Source of the DNA: Lingula anatina
Lineage: Eukaryota; Animalia; Brachiopoda
NCBI GenBank assembly: GCA_051362555.1
Contig: CM120642.1
Location: forward strand, 29,388,001 to 29,452,000
Reading direction: 5' to 3'
Length of the DNA stretch: 64,000 bases
Part shown: one piece after another, positions 1 through 14,028 of the stretch
Position numbering within the stretch: position 1 is the first letter of the stretch
How the letters are laid out: each line of letters starts with the position of its first letter
Translations under genes and position numbers: made by a program
Notes under the pieces: generated by a model
Told to the model about the DNA's origin: nothing
The model's database searches: none
Seen by the model: the letters and a program-made list of their open reading frames with translations, nothing else

Positions 1-1416
1 TCGATAATAACAATTAAGGGTCTTAAAAAATAAATACCAGTTGGCTTTTTTTCGTGAGATTTTTCGATCTTTTCTCAACAAAACTACGCTGTTATATCAC
101 ATGGTCAGACCACAATTGATTTATAAGTTTTTCTTGCTACTTGAACACTGTCCAACAGAGTGACTAATTATAGAAAGAAGGAAAAAAAGCCAATGATTAA
201 GCCCCTCCAAAGCGGACACCAGGTTAAGCATACCTTGACCTTTTGGATGACTTAATTTGTGTACTGCCGATTAGGGCTCTGATCAAATTAAAATGCACCA
301 TTTTTGCGATCATTCGCTATCCCTGTTCTGGATCCCCGACACTGAGATCAACTCTTGACTTTCATGGTAATGGGAGTTATACCGATTCCTGGCTGCAATG
401 TCTAAGACGAGGACGCGACGTGGATATCGTCAGCGAATTACATCCCCAAATCTGGATGATCAGTTTTGGAGTCGACCTCGTAGTCACGCGTTATGAAAAG
501 GCCTGCCCCATCAATTAACTCGATCACGACCCTGCTTAAGAACTTTTCCGCAGAAAAAAACTCAAATCTCTTGCTTAAATACTTACGAGACCGACGCTGT
601 ACTAAGCTTTTTAACTTTTGAGCGATATACATGTAGGCTTATTTAAGATATTGTCAAAATGTCGTCTCTAAGTTTGTGCGACATGTGAACTGTTTTCACT
701 TATATATCTTATAATAATAATCAATTACATATACCTAAATATATCTATTTATCTACACATAAACATATTTAATATAGTAATATCATAAATAATGGACACA
801 TAGTTATGCATATTTTCATATATGATATAAATAAAATAATTCTATTTATAATAAGTCAGAAAGTAAAACACGAACAGTGTGACTTGACTTTCAACCTCAC
901 GTTGCATGAATAAATAAAACAGTATTACACTCACACTTTATCACATCTTTTTTTGAGATTTGATTTACAGAAATTCTTGGCACAAATAAACTCCCCGAGG
1001 ATTGCTAACAGGAGAATCCTGTCAATAGCAATAATACTGTGTTTTCACAAAGGCTGACCTGAACGTTCTCCCTTGGCACGTAGTCTTCATGGTACAGCGT
1101 GCAGATATTCAGGTTTCTAATGGAATATAGTTTTTTCCTCTCTCTCTTCACTCCTCTTGAAACTGAGAAACCCCAAGCGTTACTACAGGTTGTCATGGAG
1201 ACGAGACTCGTGCGTTTACGTTACTTGGAGGTGGGGATTGATAATCACTTCAAAAGTTCTCGAACGTTCTGGGCTGAAAATCTGTAGTACGCCGAGAGTA
1301 GAGTTTCTCTTGTTTCTTTGTAATTTCTTAGTGACAGAAGCAGGTCTATTTTCTGTGAAAACCATTTGCGTAATTTGACGTAAGATTTCGCTGGATTTCC
1401 CACGGTTTTGCTGCGG

Positions 1417-1521
1417 TCACTCCGCTTGTTTTAACTCCTGAGCCCAAACATGTTGAGGCCAACCCGTTCTGCCCTTCCCTTTCTTCGTGTCTCCTCCGCT
1501 CAACGTGTTATTAAGTTCCGC
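1417..1521 (-). CDS. Hand: Hand exon 2 (C-terminal Hand motif)
   Basis: Acceptor ttttactag| then AELNNTLSGGDTKKGKGRTGWPQHVWAQELKQAE*. KGRTGWPQHVWA.EL is the conserved Hand C-terminal motif. It joins exon 1 in phase 0 (208 aa total; intron 1522-9997). Absent from the ORF track. Confidence 0.95.
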   Translation of the reverse strand, partial: AELNNTLSGGDTKKGKGRTGWPQHVWAQELKQAE

Positions 1522-4480
1522 CTAGTAAAAAAGAGAGAACGATTAGTTTGACCTCAATATTACATATTATTATATGTGAATTAAGTGTTTTTTAATTGCA
1601 AATTAAAAAATCCACAATGGTAACGGGCGATTGAACGCCACTGAAAAGGTAAACAAGGGCTTTATGCATGGACAACGCAAAATAATAATAACAACATCAC
1701 AATAATTTATCGTGTTAATTCAAAGTTCATTATAAATTTGAGTATTTTCCTGAAATATTTTTTATTAATGTACGAACAACCGTTTTCTGCGACCTGAATC
1801 AAGCTTCTCGTTCAAAATGTAATATTCCTGCCACGAAACCTCAATTCTGGAAGTGCCGATCGAGTGGCCCTAATGTATTTATACCAGAGATACATCTTAA
1901 GATAAAGCAATACTTTCGAGTCTACTAGCACTTAAACAAGTCTCCATTAGGCTCGCCGTTCTCTCAATCAAACCCGACATTTAAAGGCAAAGTGAATTTA
2001 GAGCACAAGCCAAAGAAGTTTTTTCTTTCATATTAAACTCTCACTTTTAAACAACCCGTAAGTGAATCAGTGACGATATTGAGATGCAAAATGTTATATC
2101 TCGAATCGAGAAAGCCACTTTAACTTAAGCAGGGTAGGATTGACTGAAGATCTTGATTTTGTCTCCGTCTAACGAAGATGATCCGCGTGTTTAACTTTCT
2201 ATAGACTGACAAAGATGATTGAAAAGCCATAAAGGTTTCAAAATTTCACAACAATCTTGAAAAATATCAGTTGGTAATGGACTATTATTCGCATATAAGT
2301 GGAGTAAATGTCGATATAATTACGAAGAATGTAAATGAAAATATTATCGTAGCCTAAGTAATTTAATAATCTTCCCGCACATGTTTACGACATAATTAAA
2401 AAACATCAATATTAGATCCCATGGGAGCTATTTCATCCATCCCCTTGAAAATTGTGTCTCGCTCTTTAGCATAGGCCTGTTATTAGCTCTGATAATAGAA
2501 ATGGGAATTAAACTAATTACTCTGAATTTGTACCTACAAATTGATATTAAATTGCTTTAGCTGGTTTGCCGTAGGACAGTGTTGAAATGATTAGCGGGCT
2601 TCATTCTCATCCGTGGTGTAATCAACCGCACAATTATCTACATTTGGTAGAAATAAGAATGATAATTGACTGTAGTGCAATGCTAATATGCCGGACAGCA
2701 AATCGCCTACTCTAAACATTACCAAAACTTTCTTCTTCAAATTCGCATTTTTTTGTGTGTATGTGTGTGAAAAAAACTTATATAATTTTTTCTTGATTTG
2801 GTTCCTCAATCTGTACTAATTACCTCAAAAAGTAGAAGAACTTGTTTGTGGCAAACAGAAAATAAATGCTTATATAAATAAATTAATAAATCTTTCAGAA
2901 TTTAGCATTTTATCATATTCTTGTCAGTGTCAGATATGACGGCAAGACAGCCTCACCACCAGCACTTATTGTGTTTAAAAATGTACATTTGACAAGACAT
3001 TCTTGAGTCTATCCGGGTTGTGTTTAGAAAAAGAAACAGATGGGAACGAAACCATTTCTTAAGACGGCATGATTTCAGTATCACAATATTTGACACTTAA
3101 GAAGTAAAGAACTGATAACGCGTGCGTTTCATGACTACAGAGTGAGAGAGAGAAAGAGAATGCACCCAGAATGTTAAACGCAAACAAGATAACTTACGTA
3201 CTAAACTCGAGGGGCGGAGGTAAACAGACGCCCCGAAATGAACATCCGTATCGTTAAAAACCCAACAAACCCACGTAATAAACTGTGGCAGTCATCGACA
3301 AATTGACACCAGTTTATAACAAAATAACACAAGCATATCCAGGAATGATTACATGAACTAAAGTTTCCCGCGCGCAGAAAAGAGCTGTCAACGCCGTGAT
3401 CTTCTTAAAAGAGATCACCATCTGCCGGGTTCAATTTTCGTACCTTTTTGAAAAAATGTTCAAAGTCGTTCAGTATCCATGTTTAAAGGACAATGTTCAT
3501 GTAAAAATCCATTTCTCGAATTTTGAAGATACAGCACTCAATCTATACACTAGAGGTATGTTTTAATCGATCCCCGCCATTTAAAAATTATAAAAACAAT
3601 CTATTAGTAGAAAAAAAAGCGTTTTAGTAAACCTCACCTCAATATGCAAAAATGAAGCAACAGATCTGGGTCACGTGGTACTGTGACGACAATCACGATA
3701 AAGGTCTATGAGACTCTGAGCTGCAGAGAGTATGTTGCATACAGACGGAGAAGTTAAGGAAAGTTGTGTAGAACGGAGTTGAGGAATTTTCGTTATGCCT
3801 CGGTGTGTTGCCGTGGGATTCAGCAAAATTGCAGCTCTCGTTGACAATCTTTCTTTGTCTGTGACGGTCTTCCGTGACTTACTTACTAACTTCGGTGACA
3901 ATAGTTGCGATGCTCTAGATCATGGTCACCTCAGGTGGTTTAGATCATATCAAGAGCTGGTAGTCTTTCAGATTAACTGTCATCAGTTGGCAAACTTACT
4001 GATTGCTGATGCATTTTAAATGCATTGTAGTTGACCAAAAGCTCGTTTACAACAAACCTGTTAATTATGCACCGCTGCAATTCCCAAGCCAGGTAATAAC
4101 AGGTATGAAACTCGTCTTGGTGGGCTTTCATATTTTTCAATATATCTCATTTATTTCATGGGGTTATTTTATTGGTATTTGTAAATGACGTTAAATATCA
4201 ATACTTAAACAATTAAGTTCAAACACGGTCGCGAACATTAATAAAAGAAATTGCTCTCAGGGTATCTTGAAGCTTCCGTGGAAGAAAACGTGTTGAGGAA
4301 AAACAGGAAAAAGAGCGTTATATTAAAGAAAAAATGGGAACTGCTATAATAAAATGGTTCGTTATCCTAATTCGTTTATGCTTTGAGGATTTGTTTCTGA
4401 AGATTATTTCATCTGAAATATTAAATAATTTAAAAGATTGATCATTTTATAACTTGAAACGCAAATTCTGCGTCAGTACG

Positions 4481-4517
<37 letters not shown>

Positions 4518-7500
4518 AAATTTGTAAGCTTATAACACCGTGCTATTATAAAGATCTACTCAAGAAAAAAATTTGCTTGGGTAAAATTGAGTACGGAATG
4601 AACTGGAGACACTTGGCTTGTCATTAAGTTTACACGAAAATATGTCAGGTAACTTTATACTGTCTTTGAAAGAGTAAAGATTGAAAGATAATTTTAGACA
4701 AACTTTGACGGGGGAAATACCTACAAAGAGTAATGGGCTATTTCGCCAACATCTTGTTGAAAATTTTACACTGCAATTCTATTCAAATAAGCTAAGGAAC
4801 TAATTGCCAAATTAATACTCTCATCACATAACAGGGGGGTAACCAGACCTGCAAAAATTGTACGCACATATTTAAAAAGATTACAAGCACATACAGCAAA
4901 ATGTAGACTTACGCAAAACATTAAGGACAGCGTACCGTAATCACAGCAAATGTACCTCATATAGTAGCTTAATTTCCATTAATAATAAAATCATCATTTA
5001 AGTCAAAAATATTCTTGCGATTTAATAACTATTTTAATTTACCCAGAACGGTATATTTATTTTAAAGGCGGTTAACTGAAATATAGTTTTATGATTTGTT
5101 TGTGAAAATTGCCCATGTCACCCTGTTAGTTTGGAGGTCTAAGCTGGATCAAGTCCGTGTTAAAATTCCTATGAAGTTGTGCAGGAAAAATTCTTCCTTT
5201 CTTTCTCTAGCTCCTCGATAAACCTGGTGTTCAGATTTTATCTAGTACCCCCAGGTCTACGGGAGCTGCGCTTTGTAACTAACGCACAGGTAGATTTTTA
5301 CCTGAGATAACTGGAGTAAAGCTTAGATAGAAAGTGCGTTCGATACAAGCAAGACAAATTGAATGCCATTTAACCCTCTAATTAAGAGGTAAAGGAAGTT
5401 CCAGTTAGATGGATGATTAAGATAGGACTTGTCAAGGTAACGGGCATTGTTTACCTCAGTTTAATAAAAGTATGCAAGACGGAGTGTCAGCGGTTTAATA
5501 AAATAAATTGAATTTCACAAATAACATGGACCTCATATGCAATAATCAACATTTCCCTTAACTCATTCAAATGCAGTGTTTTATACAACTTGGGATAACC
5601 ATAATGAAATGCTTGTTAAAGAAATGACTAGACGGGAAATGGTTTTACACAGCTTCACGAGGATTTAGACCCCTCGGGTAAGAGATTTGAATGAGTATAA
5701 ACTTTTATCAGAAGCCAGATAGAGAAGTCGTCTTACAGGTAGACAATGCAGCTCAGTTTGACAGCTAAGCACGCTCTGTTCTCCAGTGGCTCGATTGTCG
5801 TCATTGGACCACGTGACCACGTAGCTCATTAACTCCCAGGCCGAGCAAATAGGACGTTTTTTAAAGCCAAAAATTTACAAAATGAGCTTTTAATTTGTGT
5901 ATTTGGATTAAGATATCGTTAGTTGGGCATGTTTTCTGAAGAATATGTTCCGTTCAGGCCATTCTGACGGCATGAAGCAAACCCTTTAAGCAACTATACA
6001 GTGGTCAATTATACTTTAAAATAATGCACATCTGCGGAAAACATTATTGGAAGTCTTGTCATGATTTTTAAAAACTGTCTGATACCGCAAACATCTGCTG
6101 TTGCGTCAGAGCAATAAACAAACAGACCACTAGACCCCTGGTTGCATCTGTTCGTCTGAAGACGCCAGCCAAACCTTTCCTCTCCTCTAACCTCTCTGGC
6201 TACAGAGAAACCCCATTAAAACATTAACCGCGCATTCATTATCATGAACTAGACAATTAATACCATTTAACAGAGGATTTTGCCTCCTAATGAAAATTGA
6301 ACGGGAAAACTTTGACATCGAGCTTATCAGTCAAGTCGAGCTGTCAAGGAAGAACAATAGCGATAAGGAATCTTGGATTCATACAGTTTCTTTATCAATT
6401 ACGAATTACATTAAAAAAGGCAAATAAGAGCCAAGCACTGAGGTTGATTGGGAAATATTTGCTTCAATTTCTCCCTACCAATCTCGCCTTAGGGGTGAAA
6501 TAAGTGGTGCGTTTTTGAAAATCCAATTAACAAACAGCAGATGCAGAAGATACAAGCAAATGGCATTTAAAATGATGATTTAATAAAAAAAAAAAACATC
6601 CCAAGTTTAAAAATGTTTAGCACCGTTGTTTTCTGTTTTGTTGAAGCATTTTGTAATTAAAGTCAATTACTTACATTGAAGATTGTTACAATGTCACCAA
6701 TACTTTATTTCGATTAAAGTATGAATTAGACTGTTTTCAGAAAATGCCTACTTAGTTTTTCTCCTGAAGTTATAAATTCTACATTCGTATGTTCATTTAA
6801 ACAATACATTATAAAAATAAAGATTATCAAACTCATTTTGAAAATCGAATAAATCTCTGCATTTTAACCCATTTCTGTTTTTGAAGTTGATTCAGAACTT
6901 TGCTATTTTAATTCAATTTCAGAAGAAAATGCGGAAGATTCACATATTCGCCAGTTTTTATGATAGTCCGTTGAGTGACCGGCAGCGCTAGGCGGAGTCA
7001 CTCTAATGAGCTTCCCCTTTTTTCAATGCCTCTGCTTATTAGGTTTCTATATCATAAAGCTCGGGGCGGCCCCTAGTTGGGGTTTTCAAGTCGGACTGCG
7101 AGATAATAACGTGAGCTTACCTGCCACTGTGTTATCAAAATGCAGAGATAACAGATTGTGTGCGGGAGTTTTTCAATGGACATTATTCCGCTTAATTTGC
7201 AATCTCACAACATCGAGGATTGCCATATTATCTCATGTGTTAATTTGTAATCGCGGAAGATTCTTCCGATTGCAATTTTCTGCATAGTTAGCGATTGTTC
7301 ACATTTCAGTGGACAGGTGTCAAAAATGTTAGTTTTGTATTCTATTGTTGGTGGTCACTATGAACAGATAAGAAGACCGGGGAAATTACTTAATTGATAT
7401 ATGTGAAAATTGCTGATTACACAGTACTGTTCTGTGAGATTTCAAATATAGCCTAGGCCTATAGATATCTCGCATACAACAGTTAACTATTTTCATTTTT

Positions 7501-9997
7501 TTAATTTCCCTTTTATAAAAATGTACTGCAAAAGGTAAATATTATTTTGAACATTAAAAAAATCTAGAAATTATTTCAGGGAAATATTTCCCTGGAATCA
7601 TGAAGTCAGATAAAAAACTGTAGGTTTTTGTAAGTTAATATCTATGTTTCGATACGATGTTTTTAAAAAAATAATTTCCAAGGTCGTACCGCAGGGGGAT
7701 TTAATCTCTTCTTAGAGGTATTTCAATCCACTTTCGCACGCGTCGCCGTAAAAAAACGCCATTATGGTTGAAACCAAATGCAAGTTTAAACTACTGTTAT
7801 TGTTTGCCTTGTCACTGGTCATTTATTTTCTATCGATGACAAATTGTGCATGGTGCGTGCTTTGGGCACGCTATGTATGATAGCTGGTCAGTAAGTTCAG
7901 TGACCAGTCCACTCTGTGACCATCTACACAACAATCGGCCAAACGGTAAATGGATTTGGGACATTGCTGTACGGTTTCGGTTCACAATCACAAAATAACA
8001 CAACGCTTTGCCCAAATGCATAAAAATCTTTTTTGTGATTCTTTGCAATTTGATTTTCATAAGTTTGTGTCTTGCGTAATTTATGTATTACAGTATGCAC
8101 TTTATCCCATCGACTGTCTTTTTTTTCTGAATTTACAGCAATACTTATTTTTACAAATAATAAGTCAAAACCTAGGAAGGTATTTCTTCGGGTCATTTCG
8201 TTTCAGTACTAAAACTGTCATTTTTGTTATCAATAAATTAACCTATTAGGAAATACATGTACATTATACCCAAACACATTTAATATCATGTCTACTCATA
8301 TATCATAGATGTATACTAGGGTTTATGAACGGCAAAGGTTGGACTTAAGTCTCGATCTGTAACCGAGTGTGCTCTAACCTAATATGAAACGCACCTCGAT
8401 GTACTTGAGAGCATGCGATGGCGACAGGAACGCCGAGGAACGCGCTGATTGACAAGAAGACGCACTTGTTTGGTACATGTAGAATACCTTCACCCCGCTG
8501 AACGATAGCCTGCGAGGGTCTCCGGTCTACCCGCCGGGCGACCTGCGTCACTGTCACACGAAGGACGTTAAGTGTCTTCTCTTACTCTCCAGCAGTCGTC
8601 AGCGAGGACTGATTGGGATTTCGCTCAGCTGACACTTAGCCACTTTTCGAATTCCACTCTGCACAAAATATTGCGTTTTATACAACTTGAGGATTTAATT
8701 CAAATTAATTTATTTACCAGAATATCTTGCTTTGGTTAGAGTGAAAAACGGAAGATATTTTCGAGTCCTTGGTGAGTAATTCTAGTGCACGGCAGACGGT
8801 CATTTCGTGAGATTTTACGAGCTTTCACACAAGGGGCTTACTTCAGCTGTCTCTCTTTGTATCGGGATGTCTGGAGTTTAAACATGCTGCAATATTTACT
8901 AGAACAGTGTCTATATTCAGAGGCCTCTGTGCTGACAAATACATATCTTCAAGAATGGGAAATATGTACAAATAGTTGACTTGTTTTGATCCCTCTCCTG
9001 CTCCAGGTGGGTGACCAGTAGTGAGAAAATAAATTGATCGGGGAAAATTCTGCCCATCTGTTTGCACTTGGTTATAATACAGCGGCATTACCACGAGAAT
9101 TACATTACATTTTGATATTTTATCTTCGGTTATATACGCTTAATAAACTATATTACATGTGGAAAATATGGACAGATATAAAAAGTTAACTGTTTTGACA
9201 TAGTTTAATTGAAAACTTGTGTAATGAAAACCTGCAGTTCTTCTACGCTTTAAAGTTTAGATACAATATTTTCATAGAAAATCACGTTTAGTTACTTAAT
9301 CATTATAGAATTATAAAATTTGCTGTATCTTTTAGGGAACTGATAAAAGTTATTATTATTATTGCTTATCAATTTTTTATACATTTTTGCAAATATAACT
9401 AACTAATACTCGGGAGCCATAAGATTTAGAATGGAATAATCATCGAGGTGGGGAATGTCCATAGATTTGCTCAAAAGACAAAATTAATAAAAAGGCAAAT
9501 AAATAGTAATATATATTTAAATAAATCCATACAAAAGAAATTATTGATTTAAAAATATTAGTTGAAAGTGAAATTTACAGCTCGCTTCATTTTAAGCATA
9601 AGGTTTTTATTGTGATTTATTGAGTGCTTTTCGAGATTCATTTTTACAGCAATCATGTCTAAATTTCCACAAATTTGGATTAAAGAATGGCAATATACAA
9701 ATTAATGAGTCAAGATTAAAATAAAAGCCGTCTTCCTAAAAACACACGGTAATGACAAAAACTGACAGAATTTGTTTTAATTTATATTCAGGTCAAGGGT
9801 GACTAAAAAGTATGTCTTAATTTTAACCCACTTTTGGAGCAAACATGTTAACCAACTCCTTCACTCTGATAGTTTGCCTATAAATGAAAAAACAGAATGG
9901 ACTACTTATATTGGGAATTGCCATTGAAATTTACAATATATATAAAGTTATTAAGATATAATAGTGTAAATGTGAAATATTCAAGGATCATATTTAC

Positions 9998-10519
9998 CAG
10001 TTCCCTTTTCCTCCTGTCTTCTTTGCTCTCTAATTTCTTAGTAATCTCCGCCTTGAATCCACCCTCCGTTAAGTTAGGGTCATCTTTGGCCAAAATGTCC
10101 ATTAAATAGGCAATATAACTAGTGGCCAGCCTTAAAGTTTTGATTTTTGACAGTTTTGTATCTGAGGGGACGTTGGGTATACACCCCCTCAGGTCAGCAA
10201 AGGCAGTGTTAATACTCAGAGTACGGCGTCTTTCCTTCTTGTTGGCGGACACCCGTCTCTTAACTACTCGAACGCGAGTCTCTGGGTTAAACTGAGCAAA
10301 CGATTGCATGGGACCGAGTCCCTGGAATTCTGTGATTTGTCCGCAGTATTGGTCCGGCGACATGGGCTGCATCTCCCCAGCACCGTTGGTGAACATCCAG
10401 TGCTGAAAGTACGCGGGACCGGGGTCGGGTCGCTCGGGGTAGGCGGCCTGGTGGTACGGGTACATTTCCGGCATAGGGCCTGGGTGGAAATTTTGAGGAT
10501 ACCCACTTACCAAACTCAT
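9998..10519 (-). CDS. Hand: Hand (heart and neural crest derivatives expressed) bHLH transcription factor, exon 1
   Basis: [11 protein letters not shown]... contains the Hand-type b[56 protein letters not shown] followed by GGFKAEI. A phase-0 GT donor follows ...KREL (CTG|GTAAAT); 522 bp. Confidence 0.96.
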
Positions 10520-10611
10520 CTTGTGTTAATTGTGTCCAGTATCTCAGGGGCTAGCGACACCCTTGTGCTGATCTGCTAAATAATGATACATGTAGATGTC
10601 GAGGAATATCC

Positions 10612-10686
10612 ATATATTTATCTCTGACGGTGTGTGAGCAGCGCCAGGGACGTCGACCAATCAGAAGGCTGGATTTTGATTGACAG
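10612..10686 (-). promoter_or_regulatory. Putative Hand proximal promoter: TATA-like element, CCAAT box and TALE (Pbx-Meis/Prep) decamer
   Basis: Minus-strand GATAAATATA at ~10612-10622, CCAAT at 10657-10661 and TGATTGACAG at 10677-10686, all 100-170 bp upstream of the Hand ATG. Motif evidence only. Confidence 0.45.
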
Positions 10687-13600
10687 CGCAATGGATGTCA
10701 AACACATAGGTTACGTGCACGCTTGAATTGTGATAAACGTTGGCCCAACACATGCGGGAAGACTACAGAATTTTGGGAAAAAGGAAGTCAACTTCAGATA
10801 TGTTTATGGATCGTAATTGTAAAATTTACTTTAGAGACCAAAGTTTATTTCTCGCTTGAATAAATTGTTTGGTTGACTCATAATTCTAGTGTCGCCTCCG
10901 AGGCTCACGAGTTAACTATACCCGCGACTCTCTTATCGAGCGTTCAATCGTGGAGTTCAGCGCGTATTATCGCGACTGAAAGATGGACACACGCCAGTGG
11001 ATACTTGATAGCGTTACCAAGGCAACCAGAACTACCGTCTCCAAATTTGTAACCCTAGATGAAGACGTATCAGCCACAGGAAGATTTGGCTGTCAGTTGT
11101 ACCGAATACGTTGTGACACGAAGTCGACTCACTGGAAATAGGACCCCCAACGCGCAGGCTGAAATTGACACTAATTCGATTACTTCTTAATGCCCGCCCC
11201 TCCTGCCGCCTCAGACGAACCACATTAAGTGGGCCGTCGACTCATTGAATAATCATTTATTTATTTCTCCCATCAAATGTATCCTCAGATCTTACCTTTA
11301 GTCAAAGGATTCGAAACTGCAACAAACCGGGATAGGTTACTGTATGTATACACAGACATAGTTAAGTAGGAGAATTAATTACACGCGGCTCCGCTTGTCT
11401 ATACCATTACTAGCATTTCCGGGATTATGACTTTCTTAATGGCTCGCTGGTAGCGTTATCTGTCTAATGAAGACCCAATCTTCTTATTTCGGGGATCTGT
11501 TACGGTGACACCCATGCTACATTAACTATCCACCGTGTAGACTGCACGTGAAATAATAATGAATTGTACACAAGATGCAAATAGAGGCGCGTGTAAACGT
11601 AAACATGGAGGCAAGACGGTCTCTCAGAAAATTAGCTTAAATGATTATATACATCTTACAATCACGGAGGATGGGGGAGGAGAGGAGGGGAGTTTTTCGT
11701 GAAAATAAAGCCAGTTTTGTAATTGTATCGTATGGCATAAACATGCAGCATTGAAACATTTACCTTTCATTTCTCGTAAAGAACACTAAAGTTCGATTTG
11801 ACGCTGGAAAGCTCGTTTTGGCAAGCGGTCGAATGAATTACTGTACGGTCGAGACCACCTAATTAAAAAGTAAATCCTGAAGACTCGTACAGACACAGTG
11901 TTTTAATGGATGAACTATGTTTTATTGGATTTTGATATGAAAGAATAAATATCGAAAGCCGCGACCAAGGCCTGGCTAAAGGAATACCTCATACAGTGTT
12001 TTAAATCAAAGCTCGGGCAAGCTTTCGGGGTGATTACGTATGCAAGTGCCTTTTATTTTCTTTAGATAGTCGATTTATCTTTTAATGTTTGCTTACAGGT
12101 ATTTTGTATTTTATAAGATTCGACAGCTTGAGGGATGTGCGGTAAAAAAAGTCATTCTAACATTTTTTTGGTGTTGCCGACAATTTCCCCTTGTTGCTGA
12201 CCAATATCCTATTATTGCCCTGCAATACCTCAATTTATATTTAAGAACCTTTTATGACAACCAGGCCAATTTTACGGTTTCATGCTGTACCTTTATTGTC
12301 ACTTCCAGTTTGAGCGGAATTTTAGAGCAGAAGACATCTAATGTGAGAAAGTGTTAACGACACCCTTCAGACTATAATTAGAGAAATTAGGGATAAAAAA
12401 GACAGGAAAAAAACATAGTTGAATTAAGTCTTTAACTAAACACAAAATATGTTTATCGATGTGGATAATTTTTTTTAAATTCTGTATTAAAAGTATTAAA
12501 AATTTTAACAATAAAAATGAAAAGGAATAAGGGGTTTGAGATTTTAAACACGCCGCTTCACTATGTAATATTTTATACAATGAAATTCTAGATAAACTTC
12601 ACGAAAAATTCTATTGTAAAACTAAGAGCCAAGTAGAAGTTGCTACAGCTGAGTAATGTAACCTGCATCGTATATTAATCTCAACTAACACATTGCAATA
12701 CAGGCCCGTAGCCATTGACCCTAACGTGGAGGCCAACCCACCCTAACCGTTTCATTAAAACTAATAAGCTGTCTGGGTAGGTTTCAGACGAGGCAAGTAC
12801 CTTCAAGGAAGGACATTATGCAAGCCAGTGAACAGCGGTTCCATGGGGATGGGGGTGTCGTTCATTTTTTCTTGGGATAGGTCTGAGCGAGGGGGGATAT
12901 ATCCATCATTCTGCTCCGGGGAGCGTGTTGTTGGGTTGGAAGGGGACTCTCCCTGGATATAAATGTTTTTTTAATGTAAATACGCATTTTTCCTGCAGAT
13001 AAAAATAGCACACAGACACTCCCTACATTATTCTGTTTATTAATTATTCCCTTCATGCTTTCTGAATAAAAAGAGAACAAACACACCAGTGTCGTTCGAA
13101 TTCCTAAAACTCCTGCATGGAATATTAGGCAAATGTTACAGGTTGCTCATTTTCTGGCCAGCTAAAAGACCATTGGAAGAACTTGTACATACTCCTATCA
13201 CTACGGCTAAATACATGTACACTTATATATAGCGTTTTAATCCTAAGCTCAGGCGACATGCGGTCATCCGGCATCTGACAAGTGCTGACACCGACTAAAA
13301 ACAACGGAAAATTAAGGAAATTGTGCCATGTCTATACACTAAAGTAGCAAAAGTTATATTACTGAAAGGTTTTTAAAATCTAAATGGTAAAAAAAGAAAT
13401 AAATTAAGAATAATTTTGGTGGGAGGGCGACTGCACCTCTGAACCGCGGTTAAAAAAAAAGGCCAAAAGGCCATCCAACATTTTTGCTTTTAACATACAT
13501 ATTAACACAGGCGAACACACCTGTTTGGCGTGAGATTTTTAAAGCTGTAGATTCTTTTACGAGCAAGCATTTTCTGATTGTTGCAGTTGGCAGTAGTTCG

Positions 13601-14028
13601 TGTATGCAGCAAGCTTATTGTGCTACAGTGACAAATTATTTGTTGATATATTAAACTGTAGCACCATTTTATCCTTTAAAGTATAATTGAGTTTTCTCGT
13701 GTCATGAGCGATATTTGAAAATAAAGGTATACTCAAAACCTAGTTGAACAACATTGATAAAAAGTACGCATTTCCGAAATGTGTTAGCGATGCTGGAAGC
13801 ATTGTGGCGTGGCGCTTGGGTATGCCTCGTCACATAGCGTTATTTGAACGACAACGCAATCTGTTATCAGATGCATTTAATTCATAAATGGTAACGAATT
13901 CCAAACAAACGATTTCACCATTCAGCACAGTCCTGGACGAAGGAGGATTAGCTGTCAGCTATGGGGTTTGCTTTACAATCAGGAGTAAGAAAAAGATGCT
14001 GAAATAACTCTGACGACGTCATTGACTT

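Noticed and set aside
1119-1128. Possible miR-1 site in the Hand 3' UTR
   Set aside because: Minus strand reads ATATTCCA, a mismatch within the ACATTCC seed match.
3482-4200. TTAAAGG start suggestive of a Kolobok-type element in the Hand intron
   Set aside because: No matching inverted end or coding remnant found.
9902-9997. C-terminal extension VNMILEYF... of the 205-aa Hand ORF
   Set aside because: Read-through into the intron; the true C-terminus is exon 2 at 1417-1521.
12701-13212. Possible second CAGGCCCGTAGCC-type MITE
   Set aside because: Left TIR is perfect but only a weak right-end match (CTACGGCTA) and no clear TSD.
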